Source: a virus
Length of the DNA stretch: 64,000 nt
Virus record (IMG/VR): IMGVR_UViG_3300048592_001371
Span: 1 to 64,000 of that record
Direction: 5' to 3' (one strand)
The notes below the pieces were generated by a model. That model was not told the origin of the DNA and made no database searches. It saw only the letters and a program-made list of their open reading frames with translations. The position numbers were made by a program, and so were the translations under genes. Shown here one piece after another: positions 1-8,722 of this stretch (position 1 is its first letter; each line of letters starts with the position of its first letter).

Positions 1-210
1 CTATCCGAAGATTGCGAGAACCGTGCCAAACAGGAATACCCAGAAGACGATCTCGACACGGTTCTCATCGAGGATCGTTTTCCAATCTTTTCTTTCCGGC
101 ATCGCAGTCTCCAATTTGTGTTTAAGGGCCTCGAAAATCGGGAAGGTACATATTGCGACCAACAAGACGAGGCCGAAAACGATCTCGCTCAGAATTCCCG
201 GCTCCATCAA
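1..210 (-). CDS. small membrane protein (runs to window edge)
   Basis: ORF with two hydrophobic stretches; overlaps the stop of the upstream gene in a compact leftward array. Confidence 0.5.
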   Translation of the reverse strand: MMEPGILSEIVFGLVLLVAICTFPIFEALKHKLETAMPERKDWKTILDENRVEIVFWVFLFGTVLAIFG

Positions 211-386
211 GAACCGCGCTTTCCTTGATAGGAAAGCATGAAGCTAAGAAGGCCACTCGCATAGGCAACAGTGCGCACGTATTTCTTGACGCTTACGCGC
301 ACACTGCGCATGCCGGCCGTGAGCCGAAGTGCTTTGCAAAACTGGAACACCAGCTTCGCGTTACGCATCGACAAAACTTTGTTCAT
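207..386 (-). CDS. hypothetical early protein
   Basis: ATG (MNKVLS) preceded by GGAGAAGGA SD; tiles with neighbours. Confidence 0.45.
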   Translation of the reverse strand: MNKVLSMRNAKLVFQFCKALRLTAGMRSVRVSVKKYVRTVAYASGLLSFMLSYQGKRGS

Positions 387-396
387 GTCCTTCTCC

Positions 397-702
397 TTAG
401 CTTTCGCGCGACGCAAGTTTTACGCGCACGGTCGGTTTGGTCACGAAGCATTTCCGATATTGCAGGGCCGATAAGTAATGTCGGGCCTTCTTGACGGAAA
501 ATGACTTCGCCGTGTATTCCGTAACATCGGCGATGTACAGAACGCCCATCACGTGATCCTTGCCAGAGCGAACAAGCCGCTCGCGGAGATAGTCGTACCG
601 CTTGTTCATCTCCGCGATCTGCGCATCGAGAGTGCCAAGTTCGTCGACCATCATCTGGATGCGCGTCTGCTTCTTGACAGGCAGTTTGAAGTGACGGGTC
701 AT
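397..702 (-). CDS. hypothetical early protein
   Basis: Start MTRHFK at 702 overlaps the upstream stop (ATGA); coiled-coil-like segment. Confidence 0.6.
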   Translation of the reverse strand: MTRHFKLPVKKQTRIQMMVDELGTLDAQIAEMNKRYDYLRERLVRSGKDHVMGVLYIADVTEYTAKSFSVKKARHYLSALQYRKCFVTKPTVRVKLASRES

Positions 703-947
703 TTGCGTCTCCTCGTTAAGCCGAAGCGCCTTTGGATCTCGATGTACAGCGCTTCTGCCAAGTTTGACAATTCGAGGGCCTTCAAATCCTCGTCGTCGTA
801 CTGGCTGCGCTCCGCTTTTGTCATGGGCGGCTTCTTCGGAAGCCACAAACGGGCGTACGCCAGCGGTATGTTGATCGGCTTGGAAACGCCCTCGTCGCCG
901 TTCTCGTGCTCTTCGACGATCACGATCGAAAGTTTGCGCTTTGCCAT
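699..947 (-). CDS. hypothetical early protein
   Basis: MAKRKL start at 947 with GGAGG SD, immediately after upstream stop. Confidence 0.6.
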   Translation of the reverse strand: MAKRKLSIVIVEEHENGDEGVSKPINIPLAYARLWLPKKPPMTKAERSQYDDEDLKALELSNLAEALYIEIQRRFGLTRRRK

Positions 948-948
948 G

Positions 949-1242
949 TTACCTCCTCGGTTTCTCGACGGGGAACTTTTGCTCGAACTCCTTGTAGGTC
1001 CAGGCCCGACGCTTATCAGCACCGACCCCAGACATCAGGCTCGTACCGCGTCCTAGGCTAACCGTCTTGATGCCACGTTTCTTCTTGCGGCCCTCGAACG
1101 GTTTGTACTGGTATTCGGACCAGCCTTGACCGTCGCATTGTTGGCAGATCACCGCTGTTCCCCTTGCTTCGGCGAAGCCCGAGTACACGCCCGAGCCATT
1201 GCAAGCCGGGCACTGCTCGATGATTTTCTTCATTTTTGCCAT
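949..1242 (-). CDS. DnaJ-type zinc-finger small protein
   Basis: CPACNGSG and CQQCDGQG (CxxCxGxG) motifs; GGAGG SD. Confidence 0.7.
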   Translation of the reverse strand: MAKMKKIIEQCPACNGSGVYSGFAEARGTAVICQQCDGQGWSEYQYKPFEGRKKKRGIKTVSLGRGTSLMSGVGADKRRAWTYKEFEQKFPVEKPRR

Positions 1243-1248
1243 GTTTGC

Positions 1249-1533
1249 CTACCTCCGAGTATGCGGAACGTTCGGGTCGTCGAACTTGCTCATTTCATCC
1301 ACGAGGTAGCCGTACCTCAGTGTGCCGAGCACCTTCACGATCTGGGTGTGCACTACCAGATGGTGCACGATCTTGCGTTGCGGGTCGTAGCAGCACAGGC
1401 CTACATCGCCTCGATCCTTGTGGATGTTGCCATCCCACTCCAGGAACAGCTCGATAGTGTTCGGTACATCACTCCAGGCGACTTCGAGCCATGTGCCCGG
1501 TTGGACCAACTTTGCAATCTCTTTCTTGTTCAT
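1249..1533 (-). CDS. hypothetical early protein
   Basis: ATG with GGAGG SD; tiles in the leftward array. Confidence 0.65.
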   Translation of the reverse strand: MNKKEIAKLVQPGTWLEVAWSDVPNTIELFLEWDGNIHKDRGDVGLCCYDPQRKIVHHLVVHTQIVKVLGTLRYGYLVDEMSKFDDPNVPHTRR

Positions 1534-1545
1534 GTTTGCCTCCGT

Positions 1546-1821
1546 TTAGTACATGACGTGGCGGAAACTCCAGCCACAGAATTTGCAGTGTCCCGCCTCG
1601 CCGCCGCTTTCGGGCCCACCCCAGCTTTCGTCTTGCCAATACTTGGCTGGGTGCTGGCAAGTTTTGAGACGTCGCAGCGGCGTGTAACGGCGACCTGTTT
1701 CTGGGCCGAAGCTGCCAAGTTTGGACAAGTGTCGGGACTCGGCACGTTGATGGTTATGCGAGTAACCGAATCGACTTGTCATCTTGGTGCCTGGCACGCG
1801 GTAGTTGTTCTGCGTTTTCAT
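1546..1821 (-). CDS. hypothetical protein, possible Cys/His metal site
   Basis: CQHP...HCKFC motifs; ATGA overlap with upstream gene, GGAGG SD. Confidence 0.55.
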   Translation of the reverse strand: MKTQNNYRVPGTKMTSRFGYSHNHQRAESRHLSKLGSFGPETGRRYTPLRRLKTCQHPAKYWQDESWGGPESGGEAGHCKFCGWSFRHVMY

Positions 1822-2492
1822 GACGCCTCCTGGAACCCGTCGCCATGACCTACGTCTACGAGCTGCGTGTCTCGGGGGCCCGGTTTCAGTTTTGCTAGTT
1901 CGGCCCGGTAGTATTCACGGGCGCACCCCCTTGACTTGAGAAGCCGTTGCAACAATCGACGACGATCACCAGACCGCGCGTTACTAACGCAGGCATGGTT
2001 TTCAAAGTCGCCCGGTTTGAAATCATGTTTGCACCGAGTGCATCGATGGAGGGTTCTGTTGGCCAGCGCCTCACGCTCCATCTCAGCCAGTTCGCTGACC
2101 AACTTGTAGCGATTCCGATCGGTGTCGCGGCCGAGTAACTCCGCGGCATACACACGCAGTACTGCTCGCGACCGGGCTTGCAGAAAACTACGGCCGTCGC
2201 GCTTGAGCACCAACGCAAGCTTCTCGCGGAGCGAATTCGCGCAGCCAACCGGCCCCAGCTGGATGTCAAAGATCGCGCGGGTAGCCTCTTCGCAGGCTTT
2301 GGTGCCGCCCTTGAAATTCAGATACCACTCGAAGATCGCGCGGGCGTCCTCGGCAATCTTCTTCGCAACGGCACCGACATCGCGATACGGATCGAGATCG
2401 GTGCGGATTACCGTAGACCGCCCCACCGCGATGAAATCAGCGATCATGTCTTCACCAATCAGCATATACGGATTAAACTTTGCGCTTCGCAT
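1818..2492 (-). CDS. hypothetical protein with C-terminal zinc-finger-like motif
   Basis: 224 aa ORF, AAGGAG SD, CxxC..H..C motif (CTRCKH...HAC). Confidence 0.65.
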   Translation of the reverse strand: MRSAKFNPYMLIGEDMIADFIAVGRSTVIRTDLDPYRDVGAVAKKIAEDARAIFEWYLNFKGGTKACEEATRAIFDIQLGPVGCANSLREKLALVLKRDGRSFLQARSRAVLRVYAAELLGRDTDRNRYKLVSELAEMEREALANRTLHRCTRCKHDFKPGDFENHACVSNARSGDRRRLLQRLLKSRGCAREYYRAELAKLKPGPRDTQLVDVGHGDGFQEAS

Positions 2493-2508
2493 CTTGGTCT
2501 CCTTCGAG

Positions 2509-2901
2509 TTAGGCGTTGCGGCCCAGCGCCTTGCTGACGATAGCGGCCGGGAACTTGAAAGTTTTGCCTGACTGTTTGTTCAGGCCCAGGATCGGGTATT
2601 TGCTGTTGCCGGCGTGCAAGCCGCTCAGCTGATAGGAAACGCCGCTGACGATAAACTTGCGGCCCAAATCGGTCGGCCGCAGTCCGTACAACTTGGCGAG
2701 TTTCTTGAAATCGGTCGTGCGCTGCGTTTGCGTCTCGCCTTTGCCGTTGACCAGAGCAAGCTCGAATTTGAGAACCATGCTGGTTTCGCCCAGTCGACCT
2801 CCGCGCGGGAGAATTGTCAGGCCGTGTTTCTTGGCCAGATCACTGCACAGCATGGAAATCTCGGAAGACAATTTGCGGGCAAGCTCTTTGCTGATCTGCA
2901 T
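2509..2901 (-). CDS. hypothetical early protein
   Basis: First gene after the leftward promoter, AAGGAG SD. Confidence 0.7.
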   Translation of the reverse strand: MQISKELARKLSSEISMLCSDLAKKHGLTILPRGGRLGETSMVLKFELALVNGKGETQTQRTTDFKKLAKLYGLRPTDLGRKFIVSGVSYQLSGLHAGNSKYPILGLNKQSGKTFKFPAAIVSKALGRNA

Positions 2902-2995
2902 TTTAAGCTCCTTCGGTTTGGTTAAGGAAGTACAAAATCAAGGTCCGTCCATTCTTGCAAAGTTTACTCCATTATTACCGTTTTACTACGTTTTC

Positions 2996-3024
2996 ATTTT
3001 ACCACATTTTACCACATTTTACAA
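2996..3024 (-). promoter_or_regulatory. sigma70-like early promoter
   Basis: Minus strand TTGTAA-17 nt-TAAAAT with extended -10 TGn, in an AT-rich divergent intergenic region. Confidence 0.65.
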
Positions 3025-3027
3025 GTC

Positions 3028-3053
3028 CCTATATTAGCATTTTCTAATATAGG
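3028..3053. repeat. perfect 10-bp inverted repeat, possible operator
   Basis: CCTATATTAG-CATTTT-CTAATATAGG just upstream of the -35 box. Confidence 0.55.
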
Positions 3054-3191
3054 TCTCCTAGGGGAATACGGGAATGTAGCATTCCCTGTGGCACGTAATT
3101 TGATAACAGCGCGAATGTGTTCCTAGTTTGCGCCCAGGTGGGTCTCTTCCTATGAGACCTTATCTTAGATCTGACGAGGAGTTCGACAACG

Positions 3192-4775
3192 ATGCCAAGC
3201 AAGAAGATCCTTGAGCGAGCCTCCGTCCTGAACACCGCAAGTGCCAAACGTGGCGCGATTGCTGTGGTGGCCTCAGCCGTTGCGGGAGTTGATCGCAAAC
3301 AGACGCTTGCCAGTTTCAAGTGCAAGCACTGCGAAACGACCTTCGCTTCCAACATGCCTGAGCCTTTCTGCGTCAATTGCGGTTCCATGTCCGTTTCGGC
3401 GAGCAATTCTCCGGTGGAAAAACTGCCAGACGATCAACACCTGTCTGCCGTGGTTTGCAAAACCGAAGGTTGTGGCACTTTCAACATCGTAACAGATGAG
3501 ACCGCCCATATTCTGGGTGATCGAATTCGTTGCGTTGCTTGCGGTACTCCGCAGAGCTTCGAGTTGGCGGCTGACGCGGATTATCAGGCTGAGGTGGAAG
3601 AGAAGCAACCCGAACCGATTACGGAGGCCGACAAAGAGGCCATCATTGATCGGGTAGAGGGTGACAAGGAAACTGCTGCAGACGGCGATGATTGGGAAGA
3701 AGAGGTTGAGGACAAGCAACCTGAGCCGATCACCGAAGCCGAGCCTGACGCAATCCTCGAAATCGAGAACAAGGTCGAAGCCCAGGAAGGCGCGGACGAT
3801 GAAATCGTTGAGCCTATTTCTGACGACGAGCTACTCGAAGACGAGAGTGCCCAAGGCGCAGACAGTGACCAGTTCGATGACCAAGACATCAGTATAGAAG
3901 CTGAAGGTGAACAGAAGGACCAGCAGCAAGATGTGCAAGAACAGGATGCAAACAAGACCTGTATGAGCATGCTTGCGATGGTTCTGGCTCAGGCTCCCAA
4001 GGCCGAGCTCCAACTGGCTCACATCGGCGACACCATCCTAGCCATGCTGAACAACGTCCATGTAGCATCCCTGGCGCAAGCCGATGCGAAGGACAATTCC
4101 AAGATTTTCACAACCGAAGCCTTCCTCAACGCTATTCTGCATACCGCGAAGGATCAGGGAGTTCGCAAAGCCCTGGCCCATTACGGATTCAAGAGCGTCG
4201 AGATCAAGGTTCCTCTCAACAAAGTTGTTTCCGCGCTGACCAAGAAACGTAGTGCCGAGAAAGCTGCCGAGTTTGACGCGAAGGCCAAAACCTTTACGGA
4301 CGAGTTCAAGCAGTGCCTCTCTATCGCAGCGGCCGGTCTCAACAAAGGTTTCTTCCGTGAGCACGACAATGTCCTGAAGGCAGCGTTTTACGAGATGCTG
4401 ACAACGGCCGGCGTCAAGCGATCGGAGAAAATAATCGACCAAGTCTTCTCAAAGTACGGGGACTCGTATCACAAGACCCTGTTCACTTTGGCGACCGAGT
4501 TGATGCAAAAGCCCGTGGATGTTCGCAACGCCCTATCTGATACAATCGGCGAAGTCCAGTATCAGGAGGTGGACGAACAAGATGCGGGTGGTGACGATGG
4601 TGAAGACCAAGACCAATCCCTCGAACAGCAGATGGAAAGCGCGGCTGTGGCCAGTACCAAGACCACTCGCCGGGTTGTCAATCTGTCGGAACACTCGAAG
4701 GGTAAGGTTCAAGAAATCGCCATTCGGGCTACCGCAAACGGTTCCAAGCCTCTGTTCAAATCCTCTTTTAACTAA
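3192..4775 (+). CDS. putative prohead scaffold/core protein (Zn-ribbon N-terminus, acidic linker)
   Basis: Four Cys pairs, long D/E-rich region with duplicated EVE(E/D)KQPEPITEA; sits before the head genes. Confidence 0.5.
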   Translation: MPSKKILERASVLNTASAKRGAIAVVASAVAGVDRKQTLASFKCKHCETTFASNMPEPFCVNCGSMSVSASNSPVEKLPDDQHLSAVVCKTEGCGTFNIVTDETAHILGDRIRCVACGTPQSFELAADADYQAEVEEKQPEPITEADKEAIIDRVEGDKETAADGDDWEEEVEDKQPEPITEAEPDAILEIENKVEAQEGADDEIVEPISDDELLEDESAQGADSDQFDDQDISIEAEGEQKDQQQDVQEQDANKTCMSMLAMVLAQAPKAELQLAHIGDTILAMLNNVHVASLAQADAKDNSKIFTTEAFLNAILHTAKDQGVRKALAHYGFKSVEIKVPLNKVVSALTKKRSAEKAAEFDAKAKTFTDEFKQCLSIAAAGLNKGFFREHDNVLKAAFYEMLTTAGVKRSEKIIDQVFSKYGDSYHKTLFTLATELMQKPVDVRNALSDTIGEVQYQEVDEQDAGGDDGEDQDQSLEQQMESAAVASTKTTRRVVNLSEHSKGKVQEIAIRATANGSKPLFKSSFN

Positions 4776-4786
4776 GGAGATCACCT

Positions 4787-5488
4787 ATGCTGTATTTTCC
4801 TAACACGCGAATCGAATCGTCGGTCGAGCGTGCGGTGGCCAGCGGTGTGACGATCCAAGCCGAGGGTATCGCGCTTGTAGCGGACTACACTGGTGGCGTC
4901 TTTGGCGTCAAGCCATCAACTGGCGGTGCTGGCGACAAGTTCGTCGGTGTTGCTTTCAACCGTCCCATCGACCTGTTCTCGGTCGCTCGTATCGACAGCG
5001 GCGTCGTCCCGGTTGGGCTGACCCTGCTCGTCGGTCAACCCATCATGGCAGGTACCCTGCGCGTCGTCAACGCCTCGACCAACGCGGCTCTGACTGTCGT
5101 CCCAGGCGCCCCGGCGGCCGGCGAAGTGCAGATCGATCCGGGCAACCCGGCTCAGCTGAACTTCAACGCTGCCCAGGCCGGCATTACGGCTCGTGCTACC
5201 TACCGCTTCGCCCCGACGGTTGCTCAGTCGGTTGCGATGCAAGGCATGCAGGATCCGGGTGGCCCCGCCGGTCATTACCTCGGCCAAATCGGTGTCGTTC
5301 GTGCCGGTGACGTGTTCACCGACCAGTTCGATACCACCGCTGACTGGAACTCTGGCACAATCGACCTGAAGCTCGGGGCGAACGGCCTGTTCACGAACGG
5401 TGGCGCGGGTGTTTCGGTTCCTGGCTATGTCCTGGCAGTTCCCTCCGAGGGCTCCGCGACGCTGGGCATTCACATCAACGCTGATTAA
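4787..5488 (+). CDS. head structural/decoration protein
   Basis: G/V/A-rich beta-type sequence, AAGGAG SD, directly upstream of the capsid gene. Confidence 0.55.
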   Translation: MLYFPNTRIESSVERAVASGVTIQAEGIALVADYTGGVFGVKPSTGGAGDKFVGVAFNRPIDLFSVARIDSGVVPVGLTLLVGQPIMAGTLRVVNASTNAALTVVPGAPAAGEVQIDPGNPAQLNFNAAQAGITARATYRFAPTVAQSVAMQGMQDPGGPAGHYLGQIGVVRAGDVFTDQFDTTADWNSGTIDLKLGANGLFTNGGAGVSVPGYVLAVPSEGSATLGIHINAD

Positions 5489-5510
5489 TTGACTGCCAAG
5501 GAGAACCCTC

Positions 5511-6602
5511 ATGAAGAAAAACCCCTACGCGAAGAAGATCTCGTTCCGTAGCCCAGTCGTGGGTACCGAACTGAAGCGCCCGGGTAGCACCGAGCACTTC
5601 GTCGGTGCGAACGGCGATCTCAACGCCAACAGCAAAGCCGATCTGTTCAAGCAGATGGCCTCCTTCCTGGAGGAAGCGTCAAAGTACGGCGCCGTCTCCG
5701 AGGAGACCGCGGCCGAGCGCAAGCGTCTGGCCGACGAGCACAAGGAAATGCTCCTGGCCGCGTTCAACAGCGAAGAAGCCCATCGTGAGTTGGGTGAAGT
5801 CCTGTCGAACGAGCTCTACCTGGCAGCCAATCGTGACGGTTTCTGCCGTCGCCTCCTGGCCCGTCAGGATCTGAGCCAAGGCCAACGTCCGCAGGTGTGG
5901 ATGCGCCGCAAGAACGTGACCGCTACGGTGGCCGCGTCTGCTACGCAGTTCCATACTCAGCTGGTGCGCGACAACTACCTGACCCCGCCGGAGTTTTACA
6001 TCGGCGCGCGTCCGTTCGTTGAAGAGCGTGACATCCAGCAGTCGATCGGCGACCTTCTCCAGGAGAAATACCTGGAGGCCCTGGAAGGCATCATGGTGGC
6101 AGAAGACCGCATCTGGCGCAACCTGGCTACCCAGGCCGCTACTGTGGACAACTTCCTGACCACCTTCGTCGGCACGATGAACGCTGGTGGCCTGATGTCG
6201 TTCCGTAACCAAGTTGCTCGTTGGAACATCCCGGTTTCGGCCTGGATGATCGCCAATGACATTTGGTCCGACATCGTGGGCGATGTCTCGTTCCAGCAAG
6301 TGATCGACCCCGTGTCGAAGAACGAACTGCTGCTGACCGGCCAACTCGGCGTGATCTACGGTATGACCATCCTGTCGGATGCCTACCGCCACCCCGAGCA
6401 CAAGGTGCTGGACCAGGGCGAAATGTTCGTTGTTGGCGATCCGGTCAACCACGGTCAATACACCGACCGCGGTGGCGTGACCAGCCAGCCGATCGACATG
6501 AGCATCGAGAAGACCCCAGGTCGTGGTTGGGCGATGAACGAGCTCTTCTCCATGGCTATTGCGAACACGCGCTCGGTTGGGCGTGGCCGCCGTATTGCCT
6601 AA
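5511..6602 (+). CDS. major capsid protein (HK97-like fold)
   Basis: 363 aa, strongly biased codons, strong SD, followed by a hairpin; AEDR motif and GQLGVIYGMTILSD segment typical of large-phage MCPs; position after scaffold/decoration genes. Confidence 0.75.
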   Translation: MKKNPYAKKISFRSPVVGTELKRPGSTEHFVGANGDLNANSKADLFKQMASFLEEASKYGAVSEETAAERKRLADEHKEMLLAAFNSEEAHRELGEVLSNELYLAANRDGFCRRLLARQDLSQGQRPQVWMRRKNVTATVAASATQFHTQLVRDNYLTPPEFYIGARPFVEERDIQQSIGDLLQEKYLEALEGIMVAEDRIWRNLATQAATVDNFLTTFVGTMNAGGLMSFRNQVARWNIPVSAWMIANDIWSDIVGDVSFQQVIDPVSKNELLLTGQLGVIYGMTILSDAYRHPEHKVLDQGEMFVVGDPVNHGQYTDRGGVTSQPIDMSIEKTPGRGWAMNELFSMAIANTRSVGRGRRIA

Positions 6603-6613
6603 GAAGCAAGTTC

Positions 6614-6640
6614 CGGGGTGGTGTGAATAGCGCCACCCCG
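6614..6640 (+). terminator. stem-loop after capsid gene
   Basis: CGGGGTGGTG...CGCCACCCCG hairpin, no strong U-tract. Confidence 0.45.
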
Positions 6641-6671
6641 ATTCATCAAACACCGGATCAGGAGAATTCCT

Positions 6672-7175
6672 ATGGCTACAGCAAAGAAGTACCGCCGTGC
6701 AAAGGATCTGATTATCGCCGGCGCGTTTGCCTTCTCGAAGGGCAAATTCAACCTGGCCGCGAAACATCTTACGGAAGCTGCGCAGGAGGGTGATTTCCAG
6801 CAGACTCTGGAGGACATGGACGCGGAACAGCAACAAGCCGCCGAAGATCAGAACCAAGATCAGCAGGACCAGAAGCAGGACCCGCAAGAGTCCACCGCCG
6901 CTAAGGCGTTTGCCAAGTTTCACGAGATCCTTGCTGCTGAAGAGCAGCAACTCCTGGAAGACGAAGGCGACGACGAACTGAACCTGGATTTCCAGCAAGA
7001 GCTGGATCAAGATCCGGTTGCAACCGCGGAAACCGAAGGCGTTGAAGTCGAAACGCCGAAGGCGGCCGAGCCGGTTGTTGTGGACGACGAGGGGTCGGGA
7101 GACGTCTCCATGTCTGCTCTGGCGCGTGCTCAGCGTGCGAAGCGCAATCATCTGCGCCTCAAAGGCAAGAAGTAA
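6672..7175 (+). CDS. acidic hypothetical (possible internal head protein)
   Basis: AGGAG SD; Q/D/E-rich centre with basic ends. Confidence 0.65.
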   Translation: MATAKKYRRAKDLIIAGAFAFSKGKFNLAAKHLTEAAQEGDFQQTLEDMDAEQQQAAEDQNQDQQDQKQDPQESTAAKAFAKFHEILAAEEQQLLEDEGDDELNLDFQQELDQDPVATAETEGVEVETPKAAEPVVVDDEGSGDVSMSALARAQRAKRNHLRLKGKK

Positions 7176-7188
7176 CCGTTGCTAAGAG

Positions 7189-7227
7189 AGGGCCTGGAGT
7201 CGCCATGATTCCAGGCCCTTCCTTTTT
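7189..7227 (+). terminator. Rho-independent terminator
   Basis: AGGGCCTGGAGTC/GATTCCAGGCCCT stem followed by TTTTT. Confidence 0.7.
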
Positions 7228-7238
7228 CGGAGCAAGAA

Positions 7239-7943
7239 ATGGCTAATGAGCGCAAACTGTCCAAGTTGATGCCGATGCACGATTTGACTCTCAAGGGCGT
7301 CCTTCAGAGTCTTTCGGTTCTGTATGAGATGAAAGAACCGGACCTGTTGTTTATCTCGACGACAGACAAGTATCGCATAGCCCAACGCTTCTCCGAGCAG
7401 AAAAATCCCGGAGGCGCTCTCAAGTATCCCAAGTTGTTTCTTCACATTGTGAACATGATGATTGATCGAGAACGGATCAATGTCAAGTCACTAGCACGTC
7501 ACGGCGTCTACGGACCAATAAACGACAACCAAAACGCTGTCCGCAAGATGACGCTGGTTCCAACCATATACGAGTTGGAAGCGATCTACGTAGTGGACGA
7601 CTTCCTCAAGGCCATGACGTTTGCGTCTCAATGGCTTGCGAACAGCATCAACAACCGATTGAATTTCACCCTGACGTATTATGGATTACCCGTGGATATC
7701 AGGGTGGAGATGGTGGACAGCGTGTCGACTCCTGACAGAGACGAAGGTGTTGACTTAGCCAATCACTACGAGTACGTACTTGGACTCAAGGTGTTTAGCT
7801 ACGTCCAATCCGATCATGCAGACGACAACGCAATAGTGTCGATCCTGAAACAGCGCGTGACTACGATCACGATAGACCCTTTGTCAGGAAAAGATCCTCA
7901 GATATGGGATTCACACCGCGCTGAGAACGTCGAAGAGTATTAA
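7239..7943 (+). CDS. putative tail completion/terminator protein
   Basis: YPKLFL and PTIYELE pattern reminiscent of gp15-like proteins; located between head and sheath. Confidence 0.45.
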   Translation: MANERKLSKLMPMHDLTLKGVLQSLSVLYEMKEPDLLFISTTDKYRIAQRFSEQKNPGGALKYPKLFLHIVNMMIDRERINVKSLARHGVYGPINDNQNAVRKMTLVPTIYELEAIYVVDDFLKAMTFASQWLANSINNRLNFTLTYYGLPVDIRVEMVDSVSTPDRDEGVDLANHYEYVLGLKVFSYVQSDHADDNAIVSILKQRVTTITIDPLSGKDPQIWDSHRAENVEEY

Positions 7944-7960
7944 TACAAGAAGGAGCAAGA

Positions 7961-8383
7961 ATGGCCGGACAAAATACAGTTGAAACACCGGGCGGCTTCG
8001 TAGTCAACTGTCCGTGGAAGACGCTGGACAAGGCAGTCTATGTTGATCTGAAAGCCACTCTAGCTTCCGAACGTGTGGCGCGCAACGTACTTTCCGTTCG
8101 CAACGCCGCCAAGTCTCGCAATAATTTACTACTAGAGCAAACGGTTAAGCTCGGCGTTCCCATTAATGGGATACCACAGTCGTATGAGCTGAAAGGGGTT
8201 GCCGGGAATGTCATGACGATCTTTGCGTCAAACTATCCCGTCAGCCTGGAACTCACTACGGAAACCGGCACGTTGCTCTTGGGCCAGAACACCTTGTTTG
8301 TAATCACGGCCAGTATAGTTGGACTCAAGATCACAAATGATCAGGGTCTCGGAGATGCCGAATGCAACATCATTCATGTGTAA
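7961..8383 (+). CDS. hypothetical virion protein
   Basis: AAGGAG SD, tiles in the late operon. Confidence 0.6.
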   Translation: MAGQNTVETPGGFVVNCPWKTLDKAVYVDLKATLASERVARNVLSVRNAAKSRNNLLLEQTVKLGVPINGIPQSYELKGVAGNVMTIFASNYPVSLELTTETGTLLLGQNTLFVITASIVGLKITNDQGLGDAECNIIHV

Positions 8384-8395
8384 GGAGATCGTAGC

Positions 8396-8710
8396 ATGTC
8401 TTTGGTGATCATCAATCACTCCACAGCTACCGTGCACGTCCCGATTATTCGCAATGGTAAGCCGGACGAAGTGCATGTGCAGCCCCGTGGGAAAGTGAAT
8501 CTGTATGTGGGAGACAAACCGGCCCAGAAAGCCTACGCCCTTGAAGGCATCCGGATCGTCGAACGAGGGAAGGCTTTCCAGAGCATCGCTCAGGAGGCAG
8601 AGACGGCCCGCGTGATCGAGGCGGCACCGGCGCAACCTGATCCGGCGCCTCCGAAATCGACCAATGCCAATGTTGACGTGAAACTTGGCGTCAAGTTCAC
8701 GAAGAAATAA
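8396..8710 (+). CDS. hypothetical protein preceding sheath
   Basis: AAGGAG SD, tiles. Confidence 0.6.
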   Translation: MSLVIINHSTATVHVPIIRNGKPDEVHVQPRGKVNLYVGDKPAQKAYALEGIRIVERGKAFQSIAQEAETARVIEAAPAQPDPAPPKSTNANVDVKLGVKFTKK

Positions 8711-8722
8711 GGAGAAATCGAC

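Noticed and set aside
1126-1848. 240-aa plus-strand ORF
   Set aside because: Antisense to three tiled minus-strand genes that have good SD sites
5679-7151. 490-aa minus-strand ORF
   Set aside because: Antisense shadow of the codon-biased capsid gene; no SD or motifs
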